A stretch of DNA of 64,000 nt, taken from positions 144,710,001 through 144,774,000 of the forward strand of contig NC_058368.1 in the NCBI RefSeq assembly GCF_018350175.1. The letters are read 5' to 3'. The notes under the pieces were generated by a model that saw nothing but the letters and a program-made list of their open reading frames with translations, was not told where the DNA came from and ran no database searches. Origin of the DNA: Felis catus. Its lineage: Eukaryota. The position numbers and the translations under genes are program-made. Below, one piece after another: positions 37,613 through 49,759 of the stretch. Positions within the stretch are counted from its first letter, which is position 1. Each line of letters begins with the position of its first letter.

Positions 37613-40108
37613 TAACTGATTCAATTTCTTCGCTGGTTATGGGTCTGTTCAACCTTTCTGTTTCCTCCTGTTTGAGTTTTGGAAGTGTGTGGGTGTTAAG
37701 GAATTTGTCCATTTCTTCCAGGTTGTCCAGTTTGTTGGCATATCATTTTTCATAGTATTCCCTGATAATTGCTTGTGTTTCTGAGGGATTGGTTGTAATA
37801 CTTCCATTTTAATTCATGATTTTATCTATTTGGCTCATCTCCCTTTTCTTTTTGAGAAGCCTGGCTAGAGGTTTATCAATTTTGTTTATTTTTTCAAAAA
37901 ACCAACTCTTGGTTTCGTTAATCTGCTCTACAGTTTTTTTAGATTCTATATTGTTCGTTTCTGCTCTGATCTTTATTATTTCTCTTCTTTTGCTGGGTTT
38001 GGGTGTCTTTGCTGTTCTGCTTCTATTTCCTTTAGGTGTGCTGTTAGATTTTGTATTTGGGATTTTTCTTGTTTCTTGAGATAGGCCTGGATTGCAATGT
38101 ATTTTCCCCTCAGGACTGCCTTTGCTGCATCCCAAAGTGTTTGGATTGTTGTATTTTCATTTTCCTTTGTTTCCATATCTTTTTTAATTTCTTCTCTAAT
38201 TGCCTGGTTGACCCACTCATTCTTTAGTAGGGTGTTCTTTAACCTCCATGCTTTTGGAGGTTTTCCAGACTTTTTCCTGTGGTTGATTTCAAGCTTCATA
38301 GCATTGTGGTCTGAAAGTATGCATGGTATGATCTCAGTTCTTGTATACTTACGAAGGGCTGTTTTGTGACCCAGTATTTGATCGATCTTGGAGAAGGTTC
38401 CATGTGCACTCGAGAGGAAAGTATATCCTGTTGCTTTGGGATGCAGAGTTCTAAATATATCTGTCAAGTCCATCTGATCCAATGTATCATTCAGAAGAGA
38501 GATCAGTCACGAGTTATAGGTCTCCCTTTATATGTTAGGGCACATTTATCCCTCGCTGCTTTCAGAATTTTCTCTTTATCCTTCTATTTTGCCAGTTTCA
38601 CTATGATATGTCGTGCCGAAGATCAATTCAAGTTATGTCTGAAGGGAGTTCTCTGTGCGTCTTGGATTTCAATGCCTTTTTCCTTCCCCAGATCAGGGAA
38701 GTTCTCAGCTATGATTTCTTCAAGTACACCTTAAGCACATTTTCCTCTCTCTTCCTCCTTTGGAATACCAATTATGTGTATATTATTTCTCTTTAGAGCA
38801 TCACTTAGTTCTCTAATTTTCCCCTCATACTCCTGGATTTTTTTTATCTCTCTTTTTTTCAGCTTCTTCTTTTTCCATAATTTTATCTTCTAGTTCACCT
38901 ATTCTCTCCTCTGCCTCTTCAATCCGAGCCGTGGTCATTTCCATTTTATTTTCTATCTCGTTTATAGCGTTTTTTAGCTCCTCCTGACGATTCCTTAGTC
39001 CCTTGATCTCTGTAGCAATAGTTTCTCTGCTGTACTCTATACTGTTTTCAAGCCCAGCAATTAATTTTATGACTATTATTCTAAATTCACTTTCTGTTAT
39101 ATTATTTAAATCCTTTTTGATCAGTTCGTTAGCTGTTATTTCCTGGAGATTCTTTTGAGGGGTTTCTTCCGTTTGGTCATTGTGGATAGTCCCTGGAGTG
39201 GTGCACACCTGCAGGGCACTTCCCCCGTGCTGTGTCTTGTATAACTGGAGTTGGTGGACGGGGCCGCAGTCAGACCTGATGTCTGCCTCCTGCCCACCGC
39301 TGGGGCCACAGTCAGACTGGTGTGTACCTTCTCTTCCCCTCTCCTAGGGGCGGGATTCACTGTGGGGTGGCGTGGCCCGTCTGGGCTCCTTGCACACTGC
39401 CAGGCTTGTGGTGCTGGGGATCTGGCGTATTAGCTGGGGTGGGTAGGCAAGGTGCACGGGGGCGGGAGGGGCAGGCTTAGCTCGCTTCTCCTTCGGTGAT
39501 CCACTTCAGGAGGGGCCCTGTGCAGCGGGAGGGAGTCAGACCCACCGCCGGAGGGGTGGCTCCGCAGAAGCACAGCGTTGGGTGTTTGTGCTGACCAAGC
39601 AAGTTCCCTGACAGGAACTGGTTCCCTTTGATTTTGGCTGGGGGATACGCGAGGGAGATGACGCTGGCGAGCGCCTTTGTTCCCCACCAAACTGAGCTCT
39701 GTCATCCTGGGGATCAGCAACTCTCCCTCCCTTGGCCTCCAGCCTTCCCACTCTCCGAGCAGAGCTGTTAACTTATGACCTCCCAGATGCTAAGTCCTGC
39801 TTGCTGTCGGAACACACTCTGTCCGGCCCCTCCGCTTTTCCAAGCCACACTCGGGGGCTCTGCTTGGTTGGCAGGCGGCCCCTCCGCCCCGGCTCCCTCC
39901 TGCCAGTCCGTGTAGCGTGCACCGCCTCTCCGCCCTTCCTACCCTCTTCCGTGGGCCTCTGGTCTGCGCTTGGCTCCAGAGACTCCATTCTGCTAGTCTT
40001 CTGGTGGTTTTCTGGGTTATTTAGGCAGGTGTAGGTGGAATCTAAGTGATCAGCAGGACGCGTGGTGAGCCCAGCGTCCTCCTACGCCACCATCTTCCCT
40101 AGATCCTC
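37613..40108 (-). mobile_element. Inner antisense L1: complete 5' UTR plus partial ORF1 (40108-38495) fused to an ORF2 segment (38494-37613); no 3' UTR or poly(A)
   Basis: Flanked by a 16-bp direct repeat CAGAGAACTCCCTTCA (37597-37612 / 40109-40124) inside outer ORF1. Confidence 0.9.
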
Positions 40109-43100
40109 CAGAGAACTCCCTTCAGACATAACTTGAATCAATCTTCTGCACGACATATCATAGTGAAACTGGCAAAATACAAGGATAAAGAGAAAATTCT
40201 AAAAGCAGCGAGGGATAAACGTGCTCTAACATATAAAGGGAGACCGATAAAACTAGTGACCCATCTCTCTACTGAAACTTGGCAGGCCAGAAAGGAATGG
40301 CAGGAAATCTTCATATGATGAACAAAAAAATATACAGCCAAGAATCCTCTATCCAGCAAATCTTTCATTTAGAATAGAAGGAGAGATAAAGGTCTTCCCA
40401 AACAAACAAAAACTGAAGGAATTTATCACCACTAAACCAGCCCTACAAGAGATCCTAAGGGGGATCCTGTGAGACAAAGTACCAGAGATATCGCTACAAG
40501 CATGAAACCTACACACATCATAATGACTCTAAACCCATATCTTTTTATAACAACACTGAATGTAATGGACTAAATGCGCCAACCAAAAGACATAGGGTAT
40601 CAGAATGGATAAAAAAACAAGACCCATCTATTTGCTGTCTACAAGAGACTCATTTTAGACCTGACGACACTTTCAGATTGAAAGTGAGGGGATGGAGAAC
40701 TATATATCATGCTACTGGAAGTCAAAAGAAAGCTGGAGTAGCCATACTTATATCAGACAAACTAGACTTTAAATTAAAGGCTGTAACAAGAGATGAAGAA
40801 GGGCATTATATAGTAATTACAGGGTCTATCCATCAAGAAGAACTAAGAATTATAAATGTCTATGCGCCGAATACGGGAGCCCCCAAATATATAAAACAAT
40901 TACTCACAAACATAAGCAACCTTATTGACAAGAATGTGATAATTGCAGGGGACTTTAATACCCCACTTACAACAATGGATAGATCATCTAGACACATGGT
41001 CAATAAAGAAACAAGGGCCCTGAATGATACATTGGATCAGATGGACTTGACAGATATATTTAGAACTCTGCATCCCAAAGCAACAGGATATACTTTCCTC
41101 TCGAGTGCACATGGAACCTTCTCCAAGATAGATCAAATACTGGGTCACAAAACAGCCCTTCGTAAGTATACAAGAACTGAGATCATACCATGCATACTTT
41201 CAGACCACAATGCTATGAAGCTTGAAATCAACCACAGGAAAAAGTCTGGAAAACCTCCAAAAGCATGGAGGTTAAAGAACACCCTACTAAAGAATGAGTG
41301 GGTCAACCAGGCAATTAGAGAAGAAATTAAAAAAGATATGGAAACAAAGGAAAATGAAAATACAACAATCCAAACACTTTGGGATGCAGCAAAGGCAGTC
41401 CTGAGGGGAAAATACATTGCAATCCAGGCCTATCTCAAGAAACAAGAAAAATCCCAAATACAAAATCTAACAGCACACCTAAAGGAAATAGAAGCAGAAC
41501 AGCAAAGACACCCAAACCCAGCAAAAGAAGAGAAATAATAAAGATCAGAGCAGAAACGAACAATATAGAATCTAAAAAAACTGTAGAGCAGATTAACGAA
41601 ACCAAGAGTTGGTTTTTTGAAAAAATAAACAAAATTGATAAACCTCTAGCCAGGCTTCTCAAAAAGAAAAGGGAGATGAGCCAAATAGATAAAATCATGA
41701 ATTAAAATGGAAGTATTACAACCAATCCCTCAGAAACACAAGCAATTATCAGGGAATACTATGAAAAATGATATGCCAACAAAATGGACAACCTGGAAGA
41801 AATGGACAAATTCCTTAACACCCACACACTTCCAAAACTCAAACAGGAGGAAACAGAAAGGTTGAACAGACCCATAACCAGTGAAGAAATTGAAGCAGTT
41901 ATCAAAAATCTCCCAACAAATAGGAGTCCAGGACTAGATGGCTTCCCAGGGGAATTCTACCAGACATTTAAAGCAGAGATAATACCGATCCTTCTCAAGC
42001 TATTCCAAGAAATAGAAAGGGAAGGAAAACTTCCAGACTCATTCTATGAAGCCAGTATTACTTTGATTCCTAAACCAGACAGAGACCCAGCAAAAAAAGA
42101 GAACTACAGGCCAATATCCCTGATAAATATGGATGCAAACATTCTCAATAAGATACTAGGAAATCAAATTCAGCAGCGTATAAAAAGAATTATTCACCAT
42201 GATCAAGTGGGATTCATTCCTGGGATGCAGGGCTGGTTCAACATTCGCAAATCAATCAATGTGATACATCACATTAATAAAAGAAAAGATAAGGACCATA
42301 TGATCCTATCTATCGATGCAGAAAAAGCATTTGACAAAATTCAGCGTCCTTTTTTAATAAAAACCCTCGAGAAAGTCGGGATAGAAGGAACATACTTAAA
42401 CATCATAAAAGCCATTTATGAAAAGCCCACAGCTGATATCATCCTCAATGGGGAAAAACTGAGAGCTTTCCCCCTGAGATAAGGAACCCAACAGGGATGT
42501 CCACTGTCACCGCTGTTGTTTAACATAGTGTTGGAAGTGCTAGCATCAGCAATCAGACAACAAAAGGAAATCAAAGGCATCAAAATTGGCAAAGATGAAG
42601 TCAAGCTTCCACTTTTTGCAGATGACATGATATTATACATGGAAAACCCGACAGACTCCACCAAAAGTGTGCTAGAACTGATACATGAATTCAGCAAAGT
42701 TGCAGGATACAAAATCAAAGTACAGAAATCAGTTGCATTCTTATACACTAACAATGAAGCAACAGAAAGACAAATAAAGAAACTGATCCCATTCACAATT
42801 GCACCAAGGAGCATAAAATGCCTAGGAATAAATCTAGCCAAAGGTGTAAAAGATCCGTATGCTGAAGACTATAGAAAGCTGATGAAGGAAATTGAAGAAG
42901 ATTTAAAGAAATGGAAAGACATTTCGTGCTCATGGATTGGAAGAATATTGTTAAAATGTCAATACTACCCAAAGCTATCTACACATTCAATGCAATCCCA
43001 ATCAAAATTGCACCAGCATTCTTCTCGAAGCTATAACAAGCAATCCTAAAATTCATATGGAACCACAAAAGGCCCCCAATAGCCAAAGTAATTTTGAAGA

Positions 43101-43205
43101 AGAAGACCAAAGCAGGAGGCATCACAATCCCAGACTTTAGCCTCTACTACAAAGCTGTAATCATCAAGACAGCATGGTATTGGCACAAAAACAGACATAT
43201 AGACC

Positions 43206-43430
43206 GGGGCGCCTGGGTGGCGCAGTCGGTTAAGCGTCCGACTTCAGCCAGGTCACGATCTTGCGGTCCGGGAGTTCGAGCCCCGCGTCGGGCTCTGGGC
43301 TGATGGCTCAGAGCCTGGAGCCTGTTTCCGATTCTGTGTCTCCCTCTCTCTCTGCCCCTCCCCCATTCATGCTCTGTCTCTCTCTGTCCCAAAAATAAAT
43401 AAACGTTGAAAAAAAAAAATTAAAAAAAAA
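43206..43430 (+). mobile_element. Young Can-SINE inside L1 ORF2
   Basis: Perfect 19-bp TSD AAAAACAGACATATAGACC 43187-43205 / 43431-43449. Confidence 0.96.
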
Positions 43431-45245
43431 AAAAACAGACATATAGACCAATGGAATAGAATAGAAACCCCAGAACTAGACCCACAAAAGTATGGCCAGC
43501 TAATCTTTGACAAAGCAGTAAAGAATATCCAATGGAAAAAAGACAGTCTGTTTAACAATTGGTGCTGGGAGAAGTGGACAGCAACATGTAGAAGAATGAA
43601 ACTAGACTACTTTCTGACACCATTCACAAAAATAAACTCAAAATGGATAAAGGACCTGAATGTGAGACAGGAAACCATCAAAACCCTAGAAGAGAAAGCA
43701 GGGAAAGACCTCTCTGACCTCAGCCACAGCAATTTCTTACTTGACACATCCCCAAAGGCAAGGGAATTAAAAGCAAAAATGAACTATTGGGACCTCATGA
43801 AGATAAAAAGCTTCTGCACAGCAAAGGAAACAATCAACAAAACTTAAAGGCAACCAACGGAATGGGAAAAGATATTTGCAAATGACATATCAAAGGGCTA
43901 GTATCCAAAATGTATAAAGAGCTCACCAAACTCCACACCCAAAAAACAAATAATCCAATGAAGACATGGGCAGAAAACATGAATAGACACTTCTCTAAAG
44001 AAGACATCTAGATGGCCAACAGGCACATGAAAAGATGCTCAACATCGCTCATCAGGGAAATACATATCAAAACCACACTCAGATATCACCTCAGGCCAGT
44101 CAGAGTGGCCAAAATGAACAAATCAGGAGACTATAGATGCTGGAGAGGATGTGGAGAAACGGGAACCCTCTTGCACTGTTGGTGGGAATGCAAACTGGTG
44201 CAGCCACTCTGGAAAACAGTGTGGAGGTTCCTCAAAAAATTAAAAATAGACCTACCCTATGACCCAGCAATAGCACTGCTAGGAATTTACCCAAGGGATA
44301 CAGGAGTACTGATGCATAGGGGCACTTGTACCCCAGTGTTTATAGCAGCACTCTCAACAATAGCCAAATTGTGGAAAGAGCCTAAATGTCCATTAACTGA
44401 TGAATGGATAAAGAAATTGTGGTTTATATACACAATGGAGTACTACGTGGCAATGAGAAAGAATGAAATATGGCCCTTTGTAGCAATGTGGATGGAACTT
44501 GAGTGTTCTGCTAAGTGTAATAAGTCACAGAGAGAAAGACAGATACCATATGTTTTCACTCTCATGTGGATCCTGAGAAACTTAACAGAAGACCATGGGG
44601 GAGGGGAAGGAAAAAAAAAAAAAAGAGGGAGTGGGAGAGAGCCAAAGCATAAGAGACTCTTTAAAACTGAGAACAAACTGAGGGTTGATGGGGGGTGGAA
44701 GGGAGGGAGGGTGGGTGATGGGTAATGAAGAGGGCATCTTTTGGGATGAGCACTGGGTGTTGTATGGAAACCAATTTGACAATAAATTTCATATATTAAA
44801 AAAATAATAATAAAACATAAAAACCTAAAAAAATAATTCTAAATGTAAAGCATATTCATTAAAGAGCATTTGTAAAATGCTGAAAGAAGAAAAAAGGAAC
44901 TCAATTTCTTTACCCATTAGCCTTATTTTAAGGGTTCTAAAGCAGCTTAAATGATTGACAGATTTTGAAGAAAGCAGCTGTTAGAATGTCACTGGTCTGG
45001 ACCTCTTTTTTATTTACAACAGTAGGGTCATTAATTCTTTTCCTCTCTCTCTCTAGATGTATTTTTCTATAGAGTCCAAAAAAGTTCAGCAGGTGTCAGT
45101 GTTCTGAGCACTGCACTGGGTACACATTTGTACTGTACGTAACCCTCTTCTCTACATCTATCTTAGGAGATGCACTGTATAATCTAAAAAAATATGTATA
45201 GTTCTTCATTGCTTAAGCTGTCAAGGACAAAATGCAAACATTTTG

Positions 45246-45603
45246 TTTTTTGTTTTTTTTTTAATGTTTGTTTATTTTTGAGAGAGAGACAGAGAGAGCA
45301 CAAGTTAGGGAGGGGCAGAGAGAGGGGGAGAGAAAGAATCCAGAAGCAGGCTCCAGGCTCTGAGCTGTCAGCACAGAGCCTGATGCGAAGCTTGAACTCC
45401 TGAACCTTGAGATAGATCATGACCTGAGCCAAAGTCGGATACTTAACTGACTGAGCCACCCAGGTGCCCCAAAATGCAAACATTTTGATTTAGCATTAAA
45501 AAAACACTTCAATTGACAAAATCTGGTCCCACCCATCCTTTCTAGATTCACTATCTTCCACTCCAAATTACAGTTAAACAGCTTATTTTTTACATTTATT
45601 TAT

Positions 45604-45654
<51 letters not shown>

Positions 45655-46948
45655 CCCAAGCAGGCTTGACGCTGTCAGTGGAGCCCAATGTGGGACCCAA
45701 ACCCATGAACTATGAGATCATAACCTGTGCTGAGATCAAGAGTCAGACATTTAACCGAATGAGCCACCCAGTTACCCCAAAGAGCTTGTTTTGAAGCTGC
45801 TCACACTGGTTTGAGACTCAGTTAGAGGGCCAGCTCCCTGAGGCTGGGCCTTAGACACTCCTAGTTCTGCAGCATTTAGGCTTATCCAAGCACCTCTCAC
45901 TCTGAGGCAATCTAATTAAGAGTGAAGCTTCAAGGGGCGCCTCGGTGGCTCAGTCGGTTGAGCATCCAACTTTGGCTCAGGTCATGATCTCACAGTCCAT
46001 GGGTTCAAGCCCTGCGTCGGGCTCTGTACTGACAGCTCAGAGCCTGGAGCCTGCTTCAGATTCTGTGTCTCCCTCTTTCTCTGCCCCTCCCCGCCCCCCC
46101 CCCCCCCCCCCCCCCCCGCTCAAGCTCTGTTTCTCTCAAAAATAAATAAACATCAAAAAATTTTTTTAAATAAAAAACAAAAAAGAGTGAAGCTTCAAAA
46201 TTCTAATGGGAGCGGTTCCAATTTCAGGTAAGATGAATTCAGCACACTCCACCCTGTGTCGCCCACTGAATGCATCTATAAAGCATAGATCAGCTATTTG
46301 AAGACTTAAAAAATAAATAGTAGCAGGCAAATTACGGAAGACCAGAATTCAAAGTATCACTGAACCAATGCTAAGTTTACATTCTGGATTTTTATCCTGG
46401 ACATTGTGGATGTTATTTTGTATATACTCTGAATTGGTTTACTCCTCATGAAAAAAACATTTAAGAAGGCAACTAACTTGTTTAGACTGGCATTACGGGA
46501 TTTGTCTCATTTTTTCTGAGTGGCCATTAAAATCTCAGTTCATTTCTTTAAGCCTCTGAGTTTGTCTTGTGCATGTGGAGTCAGAGCCTAGCTCAACACT
46601 TCATGTATAGAAGTAGAAGCATCCTTTTTATGGCTCTCTCCCTTTCAAAATTCCCCCTCGCTATCCTGGTATGGCTGTTAATTGCCTTTTTTCTCTGGTC
46701 CCTGCAGCCAGAAAAATGATGGCAGGCTTTCTTAAAATTTTTAAAAAAATTTTTAACATGTATTCATTTTTGAGAGAGAGACAGAGCATGAGCGGGGTTG
46801 GGGCAGAGAGAGGAGAAGACACAGAATCTGAAGTAGGCACCAGGCTCTGAGCCGTCCCCACAGAGCCCGACATGAGGATCGAACTCAGGAGCCATGGGAC
46901 CATGACCTGAGCTGAAGTCAGACACTTAACTGAGCCAGCCAGGCGCCC
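45246..46948. mobile_element. Cluster of four Can-SINEs (45246-45470 -, 45585-45778 -, 45934-46182 +, 46732-46948 -)
   Basis: TSDs CAAAATGCAAACATTTTG, AAGAGTGAAGCTTCAA, GCAGGCTTTCT; third copy has a 24-nt poly(C) at 46094-46117. Confidence 0.9.
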
Positions 46949-47010
46949 AGCAGGCTTTCTGTTATAGTTTTAACTGCTCATGCACTTTTTGACGGTGGCC
47001 CATTTTCAGT

Positions 47011-47058
<48 letters not shown>

Positions 47059-48409
47059 CTAACCCATGTGCTAGTTGCTTCTTCAAAGTTTGACTCCCCT
47101 CCACAAGGGTCTGCTTTTATTTATTCTTCAGGATCCTCACACAGTGAATTTTATATTTTTCCCAGAATTTCTAGTTATCAGGATGAGAGTTGGTTTATAG
47201 AAATCTTATATCATCATAACTATTGTTTGAAACATAAAAATGTGTTGCCCATGTAAAAAATTACATTAACATAATCTGGCAATGGTCAGCTTCTTAAGCT
47301 GGGTAGTGTTTACATGAACTTGTGTTTTGTAATTACTTCAGATGTTTTATACTGCTTTCTGTATGCATAATACACTTCACAATTTTCTAAAAATGAGGTA
47401 CTTCAGCACTTCATAACCGAAACTTTAGCCCCTCACTTAACATTTACCCTGTGGATGATAGTGCTATGAAAATAGCATATTTGTAGTATTTCAATAATAT
47501 CTGAATAGATAAGACTTAATAAAAAGATAATACCTTCCACTCTAAAAGTGAATACATCCTAAGAAAATAAAGTATTATATGGGCACGGATAACTTAAGTC
47601 TGTTTTAAAGTGGGTCAAACAGGCAGGCAGGCAATCCCCTGCAGTACTGCAATGTAGGGAAGCTCACACTTTTGAACAGGGATCTTGGTTCAAGTCCTGA
47701 CTCTACCTCTTATTAGATGTGTGACATTGGGTGAGTTACTTCATCTTTACGAGCTTGTTTCTTCATTGTAAAAATGGAGAATAGTACCTACCTCTCAGGA
47801 TACTGGGTGAAGGAAGCAATGCTTGTAAAGCATTCAGCACACAGTGCTAGGTACCTATAAAATGTAAAATGAAAGTTAGCTATTATTAGTATTCACAGTA
47901 ATATTTTCTTCTGAACCCCACAGCCTTTCTATGACCTATTTACTTAATTACTAATCTTCACTTGGTGTATTTCCACAAAAACAATTTGAGATCATGTTCT
48001 TTCACTGCCAGGAAACGAATAATTTTCGAGTTTAAAATTCAACATAATACTAAAAAGACAAGTTTTAGTTGAATGCACCCTCTAGTGGTGTACATTACAT
48101 GCAAGTACCTGGCTTCTACAAAAGAAAACCTCTTTATGAAATGTCACTAGGTTGGTGCTTAGACCTTGAAGCCAGCTGGTTGAGAACATGGTATGAAGAG
48201 GATGATCATACAATTTTTAGGAAGCTCCCTCTCTTCAAGAGCTGGAGGAATTTTTTACCTTTTAAAACTTCCCCCACTGTAAGACCTAGGATATTTCTGA
48301 TATTCACCATACCAAATCCTAGTATTCCTACAACACTGACTTTAATCTTTCCTCCTAAAGAAAACCAGGTCACTTTCAACTTTGCTGTAACAAGCATTGC
48401 AACGTACTT

Positions 48410-49340
48410 ACTCTTCATTTAGTTAACAAAAACGTACTGAGCACCAACTATATATACTAGGCAGTGGGAAGACAATAAACAACTTACAATTAATTATGTA
48501 ATTACTAATTTGAAGCATTGTAAACAAAGATTGCCATGAGATTACAATAGGGGATTGGTCTAATGGGGAGGGGGGAGCAGGGAGGGTACAGGAAAGCTTA
48601 CTTATCTAATTTGTAAAGCCCTGAAGGTGAAATACTTAACTAGAAGAAAAGAAGCACCATACAAAGAGAGCAGCATATGTAAAGGCCTGGAGATAGCAAG
48701 GTACATGCAGCATTTGAGAAACTGAGAAACTGGTCAAAGAAGAGGAAATTGTGCAGGCTGAGGATAGAGAAGTAGTCAAGGATTTAATACCAAGTTAAGG
48801 TTGGAGTTCATCTTAAGAACAACAGGAAACTATTAAAGGATTTAAAGCAGAAGAATAACAATCTGGTTTACATCTTTAAAAGTTCACTTGGGGGGCGCCT
48901 GGGTGGCGCAGTCGGTTAAGCGTCCGACTTCAGCCAGGTCACGATCTCGCGGTCCGTGAGTTCGAGCCCCGCGTCAGGCTCTGGGCTGATGGCTCAGAGC
49001 CTGGAGCCTGTTTCTGATTCTGTGTCTCCCTCTCTCTCTGCCCCTCCCCCGTTCATGCTCTGTCTCTCTCTGTCCCAAAAATAAATAAATGTTGAAAAAA
49101 AAATTTTTTTAAAGTTCACTTGGCTAAGGCATGGAAAAGGATTCCAAGAAGTGGTGAAAAAAGTGGATGCCCAGACCAGCTACCAGTAATCCAGGTGAGA
49201 TGAGATGAAGCCTAGCACAAAGTCAGTGGCAGTTGAGATAAAGTGGACAGATACTTAAGGGGTAAAGTGGATTGATCACGATGCTGGGCATCAAAGTGGC
49301 AGACCTAGTGAACTGAGTGGGTGTAATAATGCCATTTTTC
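48410..49340 (-). mobile_element. Degenerate LINE-2 remnant interrupted by the SINE at 48892
   Basis: ttcatttagttaacaaaaacgtactgagcacc 3'-end motif and purine-rich body. Confidence 0.55.
48892..49110 (+). mobile_element. Young Can-SINE ~0.8 kb upstream of the ZCCHC9 promoter
   Basis: Intact CpGs; TSD AAAGTTCACTTGG. Confidence 0.95.
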
Positions 49341-49759
49341 CCACAAAGTACAACTTGTGGTGGTAGCTGTTTGGGAGAGGTTGTTGAGACAATGAATTAA
49401 GAGGCTAGGGTTTTCCTCTTAAAGAGAACTTGTCTGACTACAAACTAGAGTTATTTCCACTGAACTAGCAGTGGCAGGACAATTAGTCACCGACTTCCAC
49501 CAACTAGAGCCCTCAACGTCTCTTATATTTCTATCACAGTGACCCACTACCACTATGCTAAGACTTTACCTTACATCTGCCTGGAAAGCCCTTAACTCAC
49601 TCCCGCCCCAAATTTCACCAGATTTTTGCTTTTCAAAGTACAGTTCAAAGGTCACCTTCTCAAGGAAGTCTTCCCAGTGTTTTCCACCGCCTCCCCCCAA
49701 TTCTGCCGTGCATCTCTTCCAACTAGTTGTGGGTTCCAGACACACTTCATCTCTGTGTC

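Larger units (their letters stand above)
36139..44818 (+). mobile_element. Full-length, inactivated cat-type LINE-1 (outer element) split at 37612/40125 by an antisense L1 and carrying a SINE in ORF2
   Basis: 5' UTR from ~36139, ORF1 ATG 37070, ORF1 stop ~40472, ORF2 EN-RT-C domains ~40523-44560 with stops and frameshifts, 3' UTR and tail; TSD AAAAAC(T/C)TAAAAA 36126-36138 / 44819-44831. Confidence 0.93.

Noticed and set aside
37613..40108. Simple twin-priming inversion as the explanation of the 36-45 kb structure
   Set aside because: There are two divergent 5' UTRs, duplicated ORF1 and ORF2 content, and an internal TSD, so at least two elements are involved.
43206..43290. tRNA-like A/B-box sequences at SINE heads
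   Set aside because: tRNA-derived SINE 5' regions followed by (CT)n and A tail; not tRNA genes.
36139..44818. Retrotransposition-competent full-length L1
   Set aside because: ORF1 is frameshifted and split by the inner L1; ORF2 has several stops, frameshifts and a SINE insertion.
46094..46117. 24-nt poly(C) tract as a functional G-quadruplex element
   Set aside because: Slippage expansion of the SINE's C-rich linker; homopolymer length is also error-prone.
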